Positions 42,691 through 45,233 of a stretch of DNA of 45,233 nt are shown here, piece by piece. How positions within the stretch are numbered: position 1 is the first letter of the stretch; every line of letters starts with the position of its first letter. Source of the stretch: Eubacteriales bacterium. GTDB lineage: Bacteria; Bacillota; Clostridia; Oscillospirales; CAG-272. Where the stretch lies: NCBI GenBank assembly GCA_045636085.1, contig JAZTWU010000159.1, positions 1 through 45,233 of the forward strand, in the 5' to 3' direction. Below the pieces are notes generated by a model that was given only the letters and a program-made list of their open reading frames with translations, ran no database searches and had not been told where the DNA came from. A program made the translations under genes and the position numbers.

Positions 42691-43530
42691 ATGGATCATA
42701 AGCCGATCGTGCAGAGCGAAAGCGAGAGCCGCATCCTGCAATTTTCTCATTTTGACTACGATGCCCCCGCAGGGCATTGGAAAAAGAAAAATCTCGTGAT
42801 CCACGATCATATCAAGATCAATGTTTTTATCGAAAGCCCCTTTTCGGTCTTTTCGGACGGGGCTCTGCATTCTCCCGCATACGGCGACATCTATCTTTTT
42901 CCGCCTATGAAGATCCACGCAGGCCGTATCGACAAGGATATGCATATCAACTATTATGAATTTGATATCGGCTGTGAAGCCCTCTCGCAGATTCCCGACG
43001 GCGATCTTCTGATCCGCCGATTGCTGGATGCGGCGGTGGGCACCGCGCCCTTCCTCCGCCCCTCGCCCGAAAACCGCGAGGCCGCATTCCGCCTCTGCCG
43101 CGAAATTGAGGAAAGCCTGCAAAGAGAGGAGGCCTTTTTGGCCTATGCCAAGGTGGTGGAATTTTTATCACTTCTCTGCCGCCTCTATTTAAGCCCCGAA
43201 AAGCCGCAGGCAACGGCCTTTTCTCTTCGCACGGCGCAGGCGCTTGCCTACATTGAAAAGCATTATGCCGAAAACATCACCGCGATGCAGATCGCAGAGG
43301 CACTCGGCGTGAGCACCTCCTTTCTTTCCCGCGTTTTCAAAAAGGACCTTTCGCTCACGCTTCACGAATATCTGAATCAATACAGGATCTCAAAATCCCT
43401 CACGCTTCTCTTGTCGCATTCGGTCACGCAAACGGGATATCTTTGCGGCTTTTGCGATAACTCGCACTTCATCTCCGTCTTTAAGCGGCATATGGGGATA
43501 ACGCCAATGCAATACAAAACGAGAAAATAA
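42691..43530 (+). CDS. AraC-family transcriptional regulator, divergent from the GRE
   Basis: It has a cupin-like N-domain. The C-terminus is ITAMQIAEALGVSTSFLSRVFKK...GYLCGFCDNSHFISVFKRHMGITPMQYK. I moved the start to ATG 42691 (RBS ggagg). Confidence 0.85.
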   Translation: MDHKPIVQSESESRILQFSHFDYDAPAGHWKKKNLVIHDHIKINVFIESPFSVFSDGALHSPAYGDIYLFPPMKIHAGRIDKDMHINYYEFDIGCEALSQIPDGDLLIRRLLDAAVGTAPFLRPSPENREAAFRLCREIEESLQREEAFLAYAKVVEFLSLLCRLYLSPEKPQATAFSLRTAQALAYIEKHYAENITAMQIAEALGVSTSFLSRVFKKDLSLTLHEYLNQYRISKSLTLLLSHSVTQTGYLCGFCDNSHFISVFKRHMGITPMQYKTRK

Positions 43531-43584
43531 AAAAAGCTCCAAGGGCCTTTTCCGCTTTTTCGGCGGTACCCTTGGTGCTTTTTC
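43531..43584. terminator. Bidirectional terminator between the AraC and ApbE genes
   Basis: The stem GCTCCAAGGG (43536-43545) / CCCTTGGTGC (43569-43578) has one mismatch. It is flanked by A5 and T5. Confidence 0.6.
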
Positions 43585-43596
43585 CTATATAACGGC

Positions 43597-44631
43597 TTAA
43601 TTTGCCTTCAAGGCCTCGATTCCCTGCGTGCATCTGACCTCGCCCGAGGCCGTAACCCAAACCGCCTCATAGCCTTGAAGGGTGGAAAGAAGCGCTCTGC
43701 CCTCCGCCTCCTCCATCACGAAGAGCGCCGTGCTGAGCGCATCGCAGATGCCGCTATCCGCGCCGTATACGGAAACCGAGACGAAGCGCGATGCGGGGCG
43801 TGCCGTTTCGGGATCGATCAGGTGGTGATAGCGCTCTCCTGCAATCTCAAAATAGCGGAAATAGCTCCCCGAGGTGACGAGAGATGCATCCGAAAGATGA
43901 AGGCGAAGAACAAACGTCCCCGACGACGATGCACTCGGATCGTGGATCCCTGCGAGAAAAGGCTCGCCGCTGTTGCGGCTTCCGATCACGCGCAGATTGC
44001 CCCCGAAATCCAGAACGAAGCCGTGCTCCACACCGCGATCGCGAAGAAGCTCCGCCACGCGCTCGGCGGCATAACCCTTGCCAAAGGCGCCTGCATCGAT
44101 GCTCGCCTTGGGATCGGTGATGCGCACCGAGAGGCTCTCCTCGTCCAGCACAAGCGAATCGATCGAAATATGCGCCTTCGCTTCGGTGAGCGCATTCTCC
44201 GAGGGAAGCGCCGCCTCGCCCTCTGCGGCGTTCTCGCGCGCCGTATTCCAAAGCGAGGTGACGGCGCCCATCATTATATTCATATGCCCTCCCGTTGCTT
44301 CGGAGAGAGCCTTTGCTTGCAAAAGAAAATCAAAAAGCTCGCGCGAAACGCGCACGGCTTCGCCTCTTTTTGCCGCGAGATTGACGGTTCGAAGATTGTT
44401 CTCCCCCGCATACTCGTGGTAAATATCCAAGGCGCGGTGATATTTCGAGATCTCAGCCTCCGCCTCCGTGCAAAGCGCTTCAAAATCCGCCCCTCGCATT
44501 TGCTCGGCGGAAAGTGTGATCACCGTATCGAAATACTGATAATAGGTCTTCTCCCTCGGCACGGAGCAGGAGGTGAGCAGGGAAAGAAGCAGGGAAAGAA
44601 AGAGGCAAAGCGCCCCCATTCTTTTTATCAT
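43597..44631 (-). CDS. apbE: FAD:protein FMN transferase ApbE (lipoprotein)
   Basis: A signal peptide plus LTSC lipobox is present. Family motifs: YFDTVITL, AFGKGYAAERV, TSGSYFRYF and HHLIDPETARP. Confidence 0.85.
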   Translation of the reverse strand: MIKRMGALCLFLSLLLSLLTSCSVPREKTYYQYFDTVITLSAEQMRGADFEALCTEAEAEISKYHRALDIYHEYAGENNLRTVNLAAKRGEAVRVSRELFDFLLQAKALSEATGGHMNIMMGAVTSLWNTARENAAEGEAALPSENALTEAKAHISIDSLVLDEESLSVRITDPKASIDAGAFGKGYAAERVAELLRDRGVEHGFVLDFGGNLRVIGSRNSGEPFLAGIHDPSASSSGTFVLRLHLSDASLVTSGSYFRYFEIAGERYHHLIDPETARPASRFVSVSVYGADSGICDALSTALFVMEEAEGRALLSTLQGYEAVWVTASGEVRCTQGIEALKAN

Positions 44632-44661
44632 ACGAAAAAATCCTTTTCAGAAGTTTTTTGT

Positions 44662-44700
44662 GATTCAAAGGGCTGCCGCAAAGCGCGGCAGCCCTCCGTT
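44662..44700 (-). terminator. Terminator hairpin after the PFOR gene
   Basis: A perfect 10-bp stem GGGCTGCCGC (44670-44679) / GCGGCAGCCC (44685-44694) is present. The U-tract is short on the minus strand (UUUGAAUC) and better on the plus strand. Confidence 0.5.
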
Positions 44701-44717
44701 TTTTCTCTTACGAGAAA

Positions 44718-45233
44718 TTACTTATTGTAGAAATCAACGAGGTCAACGAGTCTCTGATACTTAACCTTTGCAGTCTGCTCAGCCTTCTCGAAGAGCTCCT
44801 TTGCTCTCTCGGGGAACTGCTGTGCAAGACGGGTGTAACGAGCCTCACCTGCGATGAAGTCCTGATAATTGCCCGTGGGCTCCTTGGAATCCAGCGAGAA
44901 GGGATTCTTGCCCTCTGCCTTCAGGGAAGGATTGAAGCGGAACATATGCCAGTAGCCGGTCTCAACAACCTTCTTCATCTCAGCCTGGCAGTTTGCCATA
45001 CCGCCCTTGATGGAGTGCATCTCACAAGGAGCGTAGCCGATGACGATGGAGGGACCGTTGTAAGCCTCAGCCTCGGTCAGAGCCTTCAGGGTCTGGTTCA
45101 TATCAGCGCCCATAGCGATCTGTGCTACGTAAACGTAGCCGTAGGACATAGCGATCTCTGCAAGGTTCTTCTTGCCGATTGCCTTACCTGCTGCTGCGAA
45201 CTGAGCAACCTGACCGATGTTGGAAGCCTTGGA
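44718..45233 (-). CDS. nifJ: Pyruvate:ferredoxin (flavodoxin) oxidoreductase, C-terminal TPP-domain end (5' part lies outside the window)
   Basis: The frame stays open to the window edge (SKASNIGQVAQFAAAGKAIGKKNLAEIA precedes the track's Met). YGYVYVAQIAMGA...EAEAYNGPSIVIGYAPC..H...GYWHMFRFNP is the typical PFOR C-terminus. Confidence 0.9.
   Translation of the reverse strand, partial: SKASNIGQVAQFAAAGKAIGKKNLAEIAMSYGYVYVAQIAMGADMNQTLKALTEAEAYNGPSIVIGYAPCEMHSIKGGMANCQAEMKKVVETGYWHMFRFNPSLKAEGKNPFSLDSKEPTGNYQDFIAGEARYTRLAQQFPERAKELFEKAEQTAKVKYQRLVDLVDFYNK

Noticed and set aside
1-45233. Evidence for a prophage, a genomic island or mobile-element borders
   Set aside because: I saw no integrase, transposase, tRNA attachment site or inverted terminal repeats. 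Codon style and SD usage look uniform across the window by eye.

Overview
This 45.2-kb chromosomal window reads like a moderately GC-rich anaerobic Firmicute. I infer Clostridia, probably a gut organism, from GGAGG-type Shine-Dalgarno sites, an ECF-type ThiT behind a TPP riboswitch, PFOR and a glycyl-radical enzyme. All homology calls come from motif recognition by eye; no searches were run. I support 37 protein genes, two of them cut by the window edges and therefore missing or truncated in the ORF track. I also support one TPP riboswitch, several near-consensus sigma-70 promoters and intrinsic terminators, one tandem structured repeat and one polypurine tract. I saw no rRNA, tRNA, CRISPR, transposase, integrase or phage genes. 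Layout: (1) 1-9.3 kb (-): a GldA/F/G-like ABC system with an ATPase, an ABC-2 permease, two GldG-like paralogues, a 988-aa DUF4340-like protein and a lipoprotein. (2) 9.4-13.5 kb (-): a long U32/RlhA-like protein, a Maf-endonuclease III fusion and a Toprim protein. (3) 13.6-18.0 kb: thiamine salvage (TPP riboswitch-thiT, thiN) interrupted by a divergent AbrB/XRE pair, plus a YnbB-like PLP enzyme and a YjjG-like HAD. (4) 18.0-18.4 kb: a 384-nt non-coding region with about 2.4 copies of a 126-nt hairpin-forming repeat. (5) 18.4-21.3 kb: a divergently transcribed SbcD/YhaO-like metallophosphoesterase with degenerate metal motifs, and an orphan gamma-class N6-adenine methyltransferase carrying NPPK instead of NPPY. 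(6) 21.3-35.8 kb is the most unusual part. An AraC regulator precedes a PnuC-family transporter, two signal-less Asp-box beta-propellers (one GH33 sialidase-like) and a minimal S8 peptidase. This unit converges on a 7-gene operon holding five tandem diverged MATE paralogues, a SASA-type O-acetylesterase and an unknown 397-aa protein. No canonical sialic-acid catabolic or import genes are present. (7) 36.1-39.5 kb (+): an HD phosphohydrolase, a NagD-like HAD and a Na/Pi-PhoU transporter. (8) 39.5-43.5 kb: a short (about 724 aa) eliminase-type glycyl radical enzyme with its activase and a divergent AraC. (9) ApbE and the 3' end of PFOR. Many long antisense ORFs in the track are compositional artefacts.
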